Positions 18,964 to 27,900 of a stretch of DNA of 64,000 bases are shown in pieces; position 1 is the stretch's first letter; each line of letters starts with the position of its first letter. The notes beneath the pieces are model-generated. The model was not told the origin of the DNA. It searched no databases and saw nothing but the letters and a program-made list of their open reading frames with translations. This DNA is from an uncultured Erysipelotrichaceae bacterium (lineage in GTDB: Bacteria > Bacillota_I > Bacilli_A > RF39 > UBA660): positions 1,746 to 65,745 of the forward strand of contig CACWWC010000004.1 in assembly GCA_902764545.1 (NCBI GenBank), read 5' to 3'. A program made the translations under genes and the position numbers.

Positions 18964-19758
18964 TTATTTTACTTTTCTTCTCTTTATCTGTTCATTTATA
19001 TAATTCATTGCACATACTCTGATATCTTCCATTTTTTTGAATGTGTCAGCTCTTTTATATTTAAATCTATCAATTAAAATATTAATATAGTCTTTTTCTT
19101 TAATATATTCTAGGCCACTTGAATAATTAAAATCAAAAATATAAGCTATATAATATATCCAATAATCTACGGCATTTACCCTATCCGCTTTTTTTATTAC
19201 TTTATGATTCATAAAATCTAGATATATCTTATCTGATACCTGTGAATTTTCAATATCACTATCGCTAATCCCAACCATTGTGTTTAAATTGCCTTCTGAC
19301 TTAACCCTAAAGTTATCAGTTTTATCAGCATCTCTTATTAGTTTACAATGTAGTTCTTCGAGCTCATTTAAAGATGAAGTGTCCAAAATATACTTATTGT
19401 GGTTAAGAATTGCCTTTCTTATTATTTCGTCATATTTATCAGATTTAATGAACTCTCTTATCAAATTATCATCAAATAACATTTTAACGCCTAAGGCTGC
19501 ATGATTTACTTTTTTTGTAGCTTCTAGAAGGTTGTTAACGCCTAATTTAGTTTGTGCAAATCTTCCTATGTCATGTAATAAAGCAATTACCATACTAAGT
19601 TCTTTATCTTCATCACTTAGAGATAAGTCTTCTGAAATATATTCAGCCATTTTTACTACATTATATGTATGTTTAAGTTTTCTTTTAACTATATCATTTT
19701 CAAGATCATAATTTTCATTAATATAATTATTGAACCTTATTTTTGCATATTCAAACAT
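18964..19758 (-). CDS. HD-domain phosphohydrolase
   Basis: 'HTYNVV' and 'ALLHDIGRF' form the H...HD signature. Confidence 0.65.
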   Translation of the reverse strand: MFEYAKIRFNNYINENYDLENDIVKRKLKHTYNVVKMAEYISEDLSLSDEDKELSMVIALLHDIGRFAQTKLGVNNLLEATKKVNHAALGVKMLFDDNLIREFIKSDKYDEIIRKAILNHNKYILDTSSLNELEELHCKLIRDADKTDNFRVKSEGNLNTMVGISDSDIENSQVSDKIYLDFMNHKVIKKADRVNAVDYWIYYIAYIFDFNYSSGLEYIKEKDYINILIDRFKYKRADTFKKMEDIRVCAMNYINEQIKRRKVK

Positions 19759-19791
19759 ATTAAATCTACCTCTATATTGTTATTATACAAT

Positions 19792-20688
19792 TTAGAATGT
19801 ACTTTGTCTATTATCATTTGTTTTTAGTAAAACATATTTACCATCTTGTTTTTCTTCTTTATAAAAAGTTGATATCCCATAAGATTTTTCCTCATATATG
19901 ATATGCGGATTACTAACTCCTCCTTCAATGCGAATACGAATATATTGCTTTTCCATATGATTCATTATTCTGTCATCTAAATATTTATATAGCTGTGCTC
20001 TTTCAAATATGCCATCTACATTTCCTATATTGATATAGTTTTCTTTAATAAGATTTATTTTTCTTTCTTTTAAGTCCTCCCTATGATTTCTAGGTAATCC
20101 AAAAAACTCATTTGCATTATTTCTGTGAACTAATCTATTATGTAGGTCTTCAAAATATTCATCTAAGTATTCAATTTCTAATGTATCATCTAATTCATCT
20201 AAATATTCTTTTGGAAGTTTAGTTAGGTTAGGATACTGACTATTAATAGTCTTATATTTAGGAGTGATTCCGAAAAAGAATGGTTTTAATCCATATTGAT
20301 TTGAGAATAAATCACTTAATGGATCTAAGTAATAAAAACCAATATCTCCTTCAACAACAATTGCGAATAATGGAATTTTAGCACTATTTGCAATGACTTT
20401 TTTTGCATTAATGCCAAAGTCGTTAAATATCTTTACATAGAAATCTGCCAAGGTAGAACATACTATATTTGGAAATCTATTTACAAATCCTTGTTTGTAT
20501 TGTTTTAGTTTTTCTTCTTCTGAGGCTAAAAAATATAACAAGTCTCTTTGAAAATTTGGTGCTAGTTTTATGTAAAGGTATCTTATAATTAAATCCTTTG
20601 TCCAGTTTGATTTTACTTTATTTATTGTTTCTAACATTTTGTTATTCAAGTAATTATCCCCCTTATTAATCTTCATTATATTTTCCAT
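19792..20688 (-). CDS. hypothetical protein
   Basis: 298-aa ORF that overlaps the upstream aminopeptidase gene by 13 nt, suggesting co-transcription. No confident motif. Confidence 0.5.
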   Translation of the reverse strand: MENIMKINKGDNYLNNKMLETINKVKSNWTKDLIIRYLYIKLAPNFQRDLLYFLASEEEKLKQYKQGFVNRFPNIVCSTLADFYVKIFNDFGINAKKVIANSAKIPLFAIVVEGDIGFYYLDPLSDLFSNQYGLKPFFFGITPKYKTINSQYPNLTKLPKEYLDELDDTLEIEYLDEYFEDLHNRLVHRNNANEFFGLPRNHREDLKERKINLIKENYINIGNVDGIFERAQLYKYLDDRIMNHMEKQYIRIRIEGGVSNPHIIYEEKSYGISTFYKEEKQDGKYVLLKTNDNRQSTF

Positions 20689-21875
20689 CTACCATTTTCT
20701 AATAATAATTTTTTTCCAGAATTACTAGTTTCTGCTTCTACAGTTACACTATCGTCTCCAAAAACTAAATCTTGGTGATGTGAAGAATTATAAAAACCAT
20801 AATCCATTTTCTTGCCTTCATTTAATATTGATTCAGGTAAATCTATACACTTATCTATTGAATTTCCTAAGGCTAAGTGGCAGCCTGAATTTTCATCCAA
20901 TAATAATGAATTTAATGGTCTATTAAGTTTAGCAATAGGTGTTTTTTTTGAAACTAATGCGATTTCTCCAATTCTTGTTAAATGATTATTTTCATTCATT
21001 ACGGTTTGGTTCCACTTTTCATTATCTGATTCTGCCGATACACACTTTCCTTTTTCAAATTTCAAGTTCGCGTAATTTATTTTTTTACCATCAAGGTGGC
21101 TTGGTTTTATTACAGATACCTTTCCTTCGGCAGTATTACAATCTGGTGATGTATAGATCTCATATGATGGAAAATTGTAGAAATATTCACACTCATTTAA
21201 TGTGGTTGGTTCAGATAGCCAAATTGATTTATCTGATAAGCCTATACTTAAATCTGTTCCTGATTGAGTATAAAAATGCAGGTTTTTTATAGCTAGTTCA
21301 TTCATTTTTCTCCTTATTTCTTTGTGATGTTTGATTATATCTAATAGCTCACTTCTATCTGGAATAGTTTGATTTATAAGCAGCCATAATTTATCTAAAT
21401 CGTCTTCACTTCCTAAAAGAGATTTTGCCCAGTGTTCATCTGGCCATGTAAAAAGTGTTACACATTTTTCATTGAAAGTGCTCCAAAACTCTTTATTAGT
21501 TTGATAATCTTCATGATCATAAATACCATATAGTTTTTTGTAATTATCAATTATGTTCCTATAAGATGAACTATAATCATCATCTATTGCGTAAAGAATC
21601 TTTGTTCTGTGAGGATCTTTTAATTTTGGTAAGTGTTGAACATATTGTTTTATTTCTTCTTCTTTTGGATTGCTTTTTAAAAATTTATATAATTTTATCC
21701 TATCTTGATCTAAAAATATTAACTGATTTATCCCATATTTGTCTTTTACTTCTAAGACTGCTTTTTTTAGTTCATCAATATTCATCATAGATGTTACAAC
21801 TAGACTATCTCCATTTTGAATATTACATCCAAATTCTAAGACTTTATTAATATATTCTTCTATTATTTTTTTCAT
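20676..21875 (-). CDS. aminopeptidase, M29 (AmpS/PepS) family (probable)
   Basis: N-terminus 'YINKVLEFGCNIQNGDSLVV', 'IGEIALV' and 'GCHLALGN' resemble conserved M29 blocks. Size is 399 aa. Confidence 0.6.
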   Translation of the reverse strand: MKKIIEEYINKVLEFGCNIQNGDSLVVTSMMNIDELKKAVLEVKDKYGINQLIFLDQDRIKLYKFLKSNPKEEEIKQYVQHLPKLKDPHRTKILYAIDDDYSSSYRNIIDNYKKLYGIYDHEDYQTNKEFWSTFNEKCVTLFTWPDEHWAKSLLGSEDDLDKLWLLINQTIPDRSELLDIIKHHKEIRRKMNELAIKNLHFYTQSGTDLSIGLSDKSIWLSEPTTLNECEYFYNFPSYEIYTSPDCNTAEGKVSVIKPSHLDGKKINYANLKFEKGKCVSAESDNEKWNQTVMNENNHLTRIGEIALVSKKTPIAKLNRPLNSLLLDENSGCHLALGNSIDKCIDLPESILNEGKKMDYGFYNSSHHQDLVFGDDSVTVEAETSNSGKKLLLENGRWKI

Positions 21876-21968
21876 TGTATCATCTGCTTTCAGTCACTTA
21901 TTCTATCATATAATGGATTATTTTCAAAATATTTTTATATATGTTACAATTAATATGGAGGTTATAAT

Positions 21969-22736
21969 ATGAATTATGATGAAAAAGTTAATGATTATGA
22001 TAGGTTTGCAGAAAAAAGGCACTATAATGTTACTAATGGGTTAATGAAATCATTACGGTTTGTGGAAAAACCAATGATGTTAAAAATGATGCCAAATATT
22101 GAAGGAAAAAGAGTATTATTACTTGGATGTGGTACAGCAGAAGAAAGTGAATTATTAAAGAAGTTTAATCCAAAATCAATAACGGGAATTGATCTTTCAG
22201 AAAAATCAATTGAAGTTGCGAAAAAGGCATATCCAGATTTAGATTTTTATGTTGGAGATATGCATGAGCTACCTTTTGATAACAATTCATTTGATTTTGT
22301 TTATAGCAGTTTAGTTATTAATTATGCGAAAGATAAAGAGGTCGTTTTTAAAGAGATTAGAAGAGTATTAGATGATGATGGAGAGTTTTTATTTTCTGCT
22401 TGTCATCCTATGAGGTTTGCAACTCAAAATTGTGAAGTAGATGGCAAAAGATTTCATGTAATTGGTTTTGAAGCTGGAAGTGATGGTAAAGTTGTTCTTG
22501 GTAATTATATGTCACACTCTAAACAAATCAATTATTTTAAAGATAATCAAGTATTAGAGGAATATATCGCTCCTCCATCCTATTTTTTTCAAAGTTTAAT
22601 ACACACAGATTTTCTGGTTGAAAACTTTAATGAATCTCAATGTATTCAAGAGTGTAAGGATGTAGATTTGGAGTATTATACAAGATTTCATGAAATACCA
22701 CAATTTATGGCCTTTCTTGCAAAAAAAAATAGGTAA
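21969..22736 (+). CDS. class I SAM-dependent methyltransferase
   Basis: Motif I 'VLLLGCGTAEE', 'FDFVYSSLVINY' and 'VLDDDGEFLFS'. Confidence 0.75.
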   Translation: MNYDEKVNDYDRFAEKRHYNVTNGLMKSLRFVEKPMMLKMMPNIEGKRVLLLGCGTAEESELLKKFNPKSITGIDLSEKSIEVAKKAYPDLDFYVGDMHELPFDNNSFDFVYSSLVINYAKDKEVVFKEIRRVLDDDGEFLFSACHPMRFATQNCEVDGKRFHVIGFEAGSDGKVVLGNYMSHSKQINYFKDNQVLEEYIAPPSYFFQSLIHTDFLVENFNESQCIQECKDVDLEYYTRFHEIPQFMAFLAKKNR

Positions 22737-22738
22737 TC

Positions 22739-23413
22739 CTATTTTTTCTTTTTTAAAGGCTTAATATCATCAACATCTGATGCCATTGAGTTATATTCAT
22801 CGATTAATATTTGAAAACATTCAGTTTTATTATTTGTTACTAAATCAAATATGTCCTTTGGATTCATGTCTATTAAAACCCTTGTATCTATAATGTCGCT
22901 TTCTTCTTTTAATTTTGCATCTCTTATTTCCAACTTTTCTTTATATGTTTTTAAATCATTTAGAAAAGTTCTTACAAAGTTATTTTCATAACATAAAAAG
23001 TAGGCATTAATCATATTTAAATCATCTATAGTAATTTGTTCTTCTGTTTTAGAGAGCATTTTTATTGATTCATGTGATTTCTCATCAGTGTAAATATCTC
23101 CTATTTCATAATTAATTATTAATTCATGGTTCTTCTTCCAAATTCTTAAATTATGAGTATCAGTATCCATTATTGCATCAAATGCAATCACTGATTTTGT
23201 TTGTTCATTATTTAAGAAATCCATATCATCATAATGCATTTCTATTGGCATATAATAATATAGTTCATCGTCTATTCTTTCAATAAATACTCCATAATAT
23301 TTTGCAGAAAAATTGTTCTTTTCATAATTATTTATTCCATAAACATAATTATTATCTTTTTTAAACCAGTATTTATCTTCCTTATTTTCATTTGTACTAT
23401 ATTCTCCTGGCAA
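22739..23413 (-). CDS. hypothetical protein; probably the C-terminal part of a frameshifted larger gene
   Basis: The track start is a TTG. The same frame stays open for 70 further codons upstream (to 23626) with no ATG, GTG or TTG. Confidence 0.4.
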   Translation of the reverse strand: MPGEYSTNENKEDKYWFKKDNNYVYGINNYEKNNFSAKYYGVFIERIDDELYYYMPIEMHYDDMDFLNNEQTKSVIAFDAIMDTDTHNLRIWKKNHELIINYEIGDIYTDEKSHESIKMLSKTEEQITIDDLNMINAYFLCYENNFVRTFLNDLKTYKEKLEIRDAKLKEESDIIDTRVLIDMNPKDIFDLVTNNKTECFQILIDEYNSMASDVDDIKPLKKKK

Positions 23414-23576
23414 TACAACATTGGTTTTATGGTCAAATGTTGTTTCTTCTTGTCTTTTATTTTTGATACTACTTGATGTTCTATATAACAGTGGTTGTTC
23501 TGTATATTCCTCATAACTAATTACTTTTATAAATGATAGATTTAATCTTTTATTACTAGTGTGATTATAATTCTCA

Positions 23577-23921
23577 TCAGGATATTCGAAATCTATATTT
23601 ATAATTTGACAGGAAGCTTGGAAATACTAATCTTTTTCTTATTAAATTATTGTTTTTTCTTGAATATAAATCTTTTTCCTCGTTTCCACAATTATCTGAT
23701 TTTTTGACATTTATAAATTCAAAATCGTTTCTTGTTTCTTCTAATAATTCTGCATAATTAGAAATATAGCTTTCATATGTTGTTTGATCATTATGATTTC
23801 TAACTTGAACGTATAAATAGTCTGGTTGTTCATCAAGAATTATTACTTCACAATACTTTATTTCTTCTTCTGGAATTATAATTTTAAAGGATTTTAAAAG
23901 CTCTTTTATTTCTCCTTCCAT
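23577..23921 (-). CDS. hypothetical protein; probably the N-terminal part of the same disrupted gene
   Basis: 114-aa ORF with no SD before its ATG. A perfect AGGAGG-ATG lies at 23981-23994 in another frame, separated from it by an A8 run. Confidence 0.4.
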   Translation of the reverse strand: MEGEIKELLKSFKIIIPEEEIKYCEVIILDEQPDYLYVQVRNHNDQTTYESYISNYAELLEETRNDFEFINVKKSDNCGNEEKDLYSRKNNNLIRKRLVFPSFLSNYKYRFRIS

Positions 23922-24036
23922 TTTTTTTGTTTCAAATCTTTATATTTATTTATTTGTTCTTTCAACCTATTAATATCTTTCATACTACCTCCTGATAGGT
24001 AAAATTATACTATTTAGGTTAAAATGAGGCAATATA

Positions 24037-24351
24037 TTATTTATAAATAACATTATCTATTACTATCACTGCTGCCAAAAGTCCCATTTTTGCATGAGTA
24101 ATTATTTCTACTTTTTGATTATTTTCATCAACAACTATATCTTGTATTACGTCTTTTTCAATACAATTAAATAAAACCTTATGTTTGCCCGGATTAATAA
24201 AGCATTCTATGGATTTACCATTTTTTAAATCCCCAATTTTATTATTGTCAATAAAAACTGATATTGGAATTGCAAAACCCATTATTTTCTTTGTTCTAAA
24301 TATTGTTAGTGGAATATTTTTTATATTATGAATATTATTTTCATTACCCAT
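24037..24351 (-). CDS. hypothetical protein
   Basis: 104-aa ORF with GAGGTG upstream. No motif recognised. Confidence 0.45.
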   Translation of the reverse strand: MGNENNIHNIKNIPLTIFRTKKIMGFAIPISVFIDNNKIGDLKNGKSIECFINPGKHKVLFNCIEKDVIQDIVVDENNQKVEIITHAKMGLLAAVIVIDNVIYK

Positions 24352-24470
24352 TTTTTCACCTCTACATTAATAATTCTATCATATTTTTTTAATACACTAT
24401 TTTTAATCTTTTATTTTTGTGCTAATTATTTTTTTGTTGTATAATATTTATTAGTTATAAGAGGTGTTTT

Positions 24471-25460
24471 ATGAGCAAAGTATTAATATTTAGTCATGAA
24501 AGTGATATTGATGGACTTGGTTGTGTCGTTTTAGGAAAACTAGCCTTCTCAAATATTGATTTTAAACTTGTTTCAAATATTGAAGAGCTTGAATTATTAT
24601 TTAGAGATTATATTAAATCTGGTAAGCTTAATAACTATGAGAAAATATTTGTAACTGATTTAGCTTTATATGATCCATCATTAACTATGGTTGAAGAAAC
24701 TGAGTTAAAAGATAAAGTTCTTATTTTTGATCATCATAAAAGAGCAATAGAAGATGGAATGAATAGATATAATTTTACTACAATTATTGAGGAAGACGAT
24801 AATGGTAAGAGATGTGGATGTGACTTATTTTATGAATATTTAAGACAAAATAATCTTATTTCACCTACAACAGCAATCAGTGAATTTGTTGAATTAACTA
24901 GGCTTGAGGATACATGGGAGTGGAAAAAGAATAGTCAAGATGGAGAAAGAGCCCATGATTTAGCAATTCTTTTTAATGCTATTGGAATAGATGAATATTT
25001 GGGACAAATGACATTAAATCTAGTAAATAATAGCGAATCTTTTTCATTAAACAATAATCAAAGTAAAATTGTTCAAAGTAAAAAAGATGAATATAATAAA
25101 TTGTTATGTGATTTACTTAAAAATGCAGAATATTTTTTTGATGAAAATGGATATAAATATGGGATTGTTTTTGCAGATTACGAATATAGAAATGAATTAG
25201 CAGAATATATAAGAAACAACAATAATCCTGATTCAATTAAATATTTTATAGTGGTTGCGATGAATAAAGGAGAGTTTGGACAAAAGTCTTATAGATCAAT
25301 TGATGAGACTTTTGATGTTAATGAAGTTGCGATGAATCATGGAGGTGGTGGTCATCCTGCTGCTGCATCAGTTAGTATTACACAAGAACAAAAAGAAAAA
25401 TCACTTACTTTAACCAAAAGGAATAGTTTAAAGTTCCTAGCGGAAAGTAATTATTCATAA
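24471..25460 (+). CDS. DHH/DHHA1-family phosphoesterase (NrnA-like)
   Basis: 'HESDIDGLGC', 'VTDL', 'FDHHK' and 'GGGHPAAAS' are the canonical DHH and DHHA1 motifs. Confidence 0.8.
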   Translation: MSKVLIFSHESDIDGLGCVVLGKLAFSNIDFKLVSNIEELELLFRDYIKSGKLNNYEKIFVTDLALYDPSLTMVEETELKDKVLIFDHHKRAIEDGMNRYNFTTIIEEDDNGKRCGCDLFYEYLRQNNLISPTTAISEFVELTRLEDTWEWKKNSQDGERAHDLAILFNAIGIDEYLGQMTLNLVNNSESFSLNNNQSKIVQSKKDEYNKLLCDLLKNAEYFFDENGYKYGIVFADYEYRNELAEYIRNNNNPDSIKYFIVVAMNKGEFGQKSYRSIDETFDVNEVAMNHGGGGHPAAASVSITQEQKEKSLTLTKRNSLKFLAESNYS

Positions 25461-25461
25461 T

Positions 25462-25492
25462 AAAATGTCATGATTATGACATTTTATTTTTT
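25462..25492. terminator. bidirectional rho-independent terminator
   Basis: Hairpin aaaatgtcat/atgacatttt with loop gatt, followed by a T-run. Confidence 0.7.
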
Positions 25493-26056
25493 TACTAAGA
25501 TTTTTCTTATTTTGCTTACTATTTTTCCATAATTTTGATCATCACTTAATTCATCTATATCTATCCACTTATAATTTTCTAATTCTATCTTATCTATATT
25601 AATTTCAGTAATATTGTCTACTGTGAATAAATATCGAAAGTCAAAATGATGATGCTGTGGTAAATTTAATCGCTGATTTACTTCTATCAAATGTGTATCT
25701 ATATCAAATGGTACTAATTCATTTTCCGATATTTTTAAATACTCCATGTCTTTTAACCCTGTTTCCTCTGCAATTTCTCTTTTTGCTGCAAATAGTAGGT
25801 TAAAGTCATCAGTATTAATATGACCTCCCGGATATAAATACATTTCTAAGTCTTTATGATATAGTACTAAGAATTTCTTTTCTTTTTTAGCATATATAAA
25901 TCCACCTGAAACAATATGTCCATCAAAATTATTCCAGTCTATTATCTTGTTATCATCATATGTATTTAAAAAATTAATTAATAATTTTAGTCTTTCTTTT
26001 TCTTCGGGATAAAAATTTAAGTAATCATTTACAATACTAATTATTATTTCTTTCAT
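25484..26056 (-). CDS. Nudix hydrolase
   Basis: Nudix box 'GGHINTDDFNLLFAAKREIAEETGL'. Confidence 0.8.
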   Translation of the reverse strand: MKEIIISIVNDYLNFYPEEKERLKLLINFLNTYDDNKIIDWNNFDGHIVSGGFIYAKKEKKFLVLYHKDLEMYLYPGGHINTDDFNLLFAAKREIAEETGLKDMEYLKISENELVPFDIDTHLIEVNQRLNLPQHHHFDFRYLFTVDNITEINIDKIELENYKWIDIDELSDDQNYGKIVSKIRKILVKK

Positions 26057-26373
26057 AAAATCACCTGTGTATTTATTATATACTTATCAATTTAATTATT
26101 CAATTCTATTCTCTAATGTTTTAGGGCGATGGACTTCCAATGAATAAATTTTGATTTTCTTGAAAATATAGTAGACATATTATTCCTGCGATTAGAAAAC
26201 AACTGCCTAAAATTTTTATTTTGTATATACTTTTTTTATCTTCTGATATATTTTTATAAGCATTAATATAGCCAAATGAATTTATCTTGCTTTTTTTCTA
26301 AAAAAAAAGATAACTAATTAAGTGTAGTTTAACAGTCATCTTATTTAATCTAAAAATTTATAAGTTAAATATA

Positions 26374-27057
26374 TTATTTAGCCCTAGATTGTGGGATTTT
26401 CTTAACAACAATATCATTATATCTATTAAGGAAATCATCTCTTTGTTGTTGATAAAAATTAATCCAGGCTAAAAATGTTTCAGGTCTTGTATTTTCTTTA
26501 CTTAATAATAGAAATGAATTATAATCTGGTAAATCTTCAACAAAGATATCATCATTAAAAAATGGAATCATGTAATGAGATAGTAAATTTTCATGGATTA
26601 TATTTTCAGAGATTGCTCCTGTACTTAAAAACATTACTGTTCTTTTAATTTTTTCAGCATTTCTATTGCATAATTCATATAGATTACTAAACTCCTCACC
26701 TACGATACCTTTTTCATAGCATGTTTTCCAAAACAAAGAGTTTGTTTCATCAATTACTCTAACAATGTCTTCTTCCCACCATGCAGTTTCCTTGTTAGAA
26801 TAGTAATATTTATACTCTATATTAGGTTTACTAATATTAATCATTATATCGTCATAGGCATTTTTGGCCGTTGCGCTTCCATTAACTATTTTTTCATACA
26901 TTGTATTAACTTTTAGTGTTGGATCATCTTTTTTGATAATTAATGGAGTCATCTTTTTCATTAACGCATCATATTCTGCATTAATTTCTTGGCAAATCTC
27001 ATTTCTTTTTCTTTGTTCATCCTCATCTTGTACTAAATCTGGATGGTACAATTTCAT
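26374..27057 (-). CDS. J-domain (DnaJ-like) protein with an N-terminus interrupted by an in-frame TAA
   Basis: 'KLYHPD' at the track start. The upstream in-frame codons read MNK-TAA-FKNKDFSNIRKEYVRL, which is J-domain helix II. Confidence 0.6.
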   Translation of the reverse strand: MKLYHPDLVQDEDEQRKRNEICQEINAEYDALMKKMTPLIIKKDDPTLKVNTMYEKIVNGSATAKNAYDDIMINISKPNIEYKYYYSNKETAWWEEDIVRVIDETNSLFWKTCYEKGIVGEEFSNLYELCNRNAEKIKRTVMFLSTGAISENIIHENLLSHYMIPFFNDDIFVEDLPDYNSFLLLSKENTRPETFLAWINFYQQQRDDFLNRYNDIVVKKIPQSRAK

Positions 27058-27201
27058 TAATCTAACATATTCTTTTCTAATGTTCGAAAAATCTTTATTT
27101 TTAAATTATTTATTCATAATTCTCCTTTTAATGGTTTACTCTTTTTTTATAAAAATATTTTATCATACTTTAATAAAAGTATACAAATAATCTTTAATTT
27201 A

Positions 27202-27900
27202 CTACGAATTTAATATCCATTCTATAATTAACTTTTTTATTTCATAGTATTCATCACTATCAAATTGCATATTTGCAATGCAGAACTTTTTTGAAGCTAT
27301 ATGAGAACAAAACATACACTCATATAAATCATAACAGTCCTGAATAAATAAAGAATTAATTATTTTATTGGAGCAAATTACATTATAACTATTACTACAT
27401 TCTTTTGAATCGTCACATCTTATGCAAAAATTACATGTTCCTGATCTTTGTGATGCAAGCAAAAACTCACTATTACCACAAGAATCACAATAAACCATAT
27501 TTTTAGAGTCACTGCAACTGGTGCTTCTGTATATATTTTCACACCTGTAAATTGTGTCACTTTTTGCTACATTAATAGAGTCATACACTCTTTCTGTGGT
27601 TGTTAAGTTAATTGTGTTCCATATTTCAATTAGTTCTTGTAGACTACTTATTTCTTTTTTTGGGAGCATCCAACCTATTTGTTTATCTCTTTTTTCCATA
27701 TTTTTATTTGTTATAAATTTTCCACTGTTGATAGAGTCTGCCCAGGTAATTTCATTTGTTGTTGAATCATTAACTTGTTTAGGGATTTTAACATCAAACG
27801 CAAATTTTTCTAATAATTCATTTAGTGAATAATTATTTTTTTTATCAAATACACTTTTAAATATTTTATTAACAGTTTCTATTGCTTTTGTATCATTCAT
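27202..27900 (-). CDS. cysteine-repeat protein of unknown function
   Basis: 232 aa. The C-terminal roughly 100 aa carries 14 Cys in a quasi-periodic C/S pattern ('CENIYRSTSCSDSKNMVYCDSCGNSEF...CNFCIRCDDSKECSNSYNVICSNK...CYDLYECMFCSHIASKKFC'). The start overlaps the ATPase stop (ATGA). Confidence 0.6.
   Translation of the reverse strand: MNDTKAIETVNKIFKSVFDKKNNYSLNELLEKFAFDVKIPKQVNDSTTNEITWADSINSGKFITNKNMEKRDKQIGWMLPKKEISSLQELIEIWNTINLTTTERVYDSINVAKSDTIYRCENIYRSTSCSDSKNMVYCDSCGNSEFLLASQRSGTCNFCIRCDDSKECSNSYNVICSNKIINSLFIQDCYDLYECMFCSHIASKKFCIANMQFDSDEYYEIKKLIIEWILNS

Noticed and set aside
26057-26373. A small hydrophobic ORF remnant on the minus strand in the gap after the Nudix gene, considered as a possible island boundary marker.
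   Set aside because: It is under 60 codons, has no start or SD that I could support, and there is no repeat linking it to the tRNA-Gly end.
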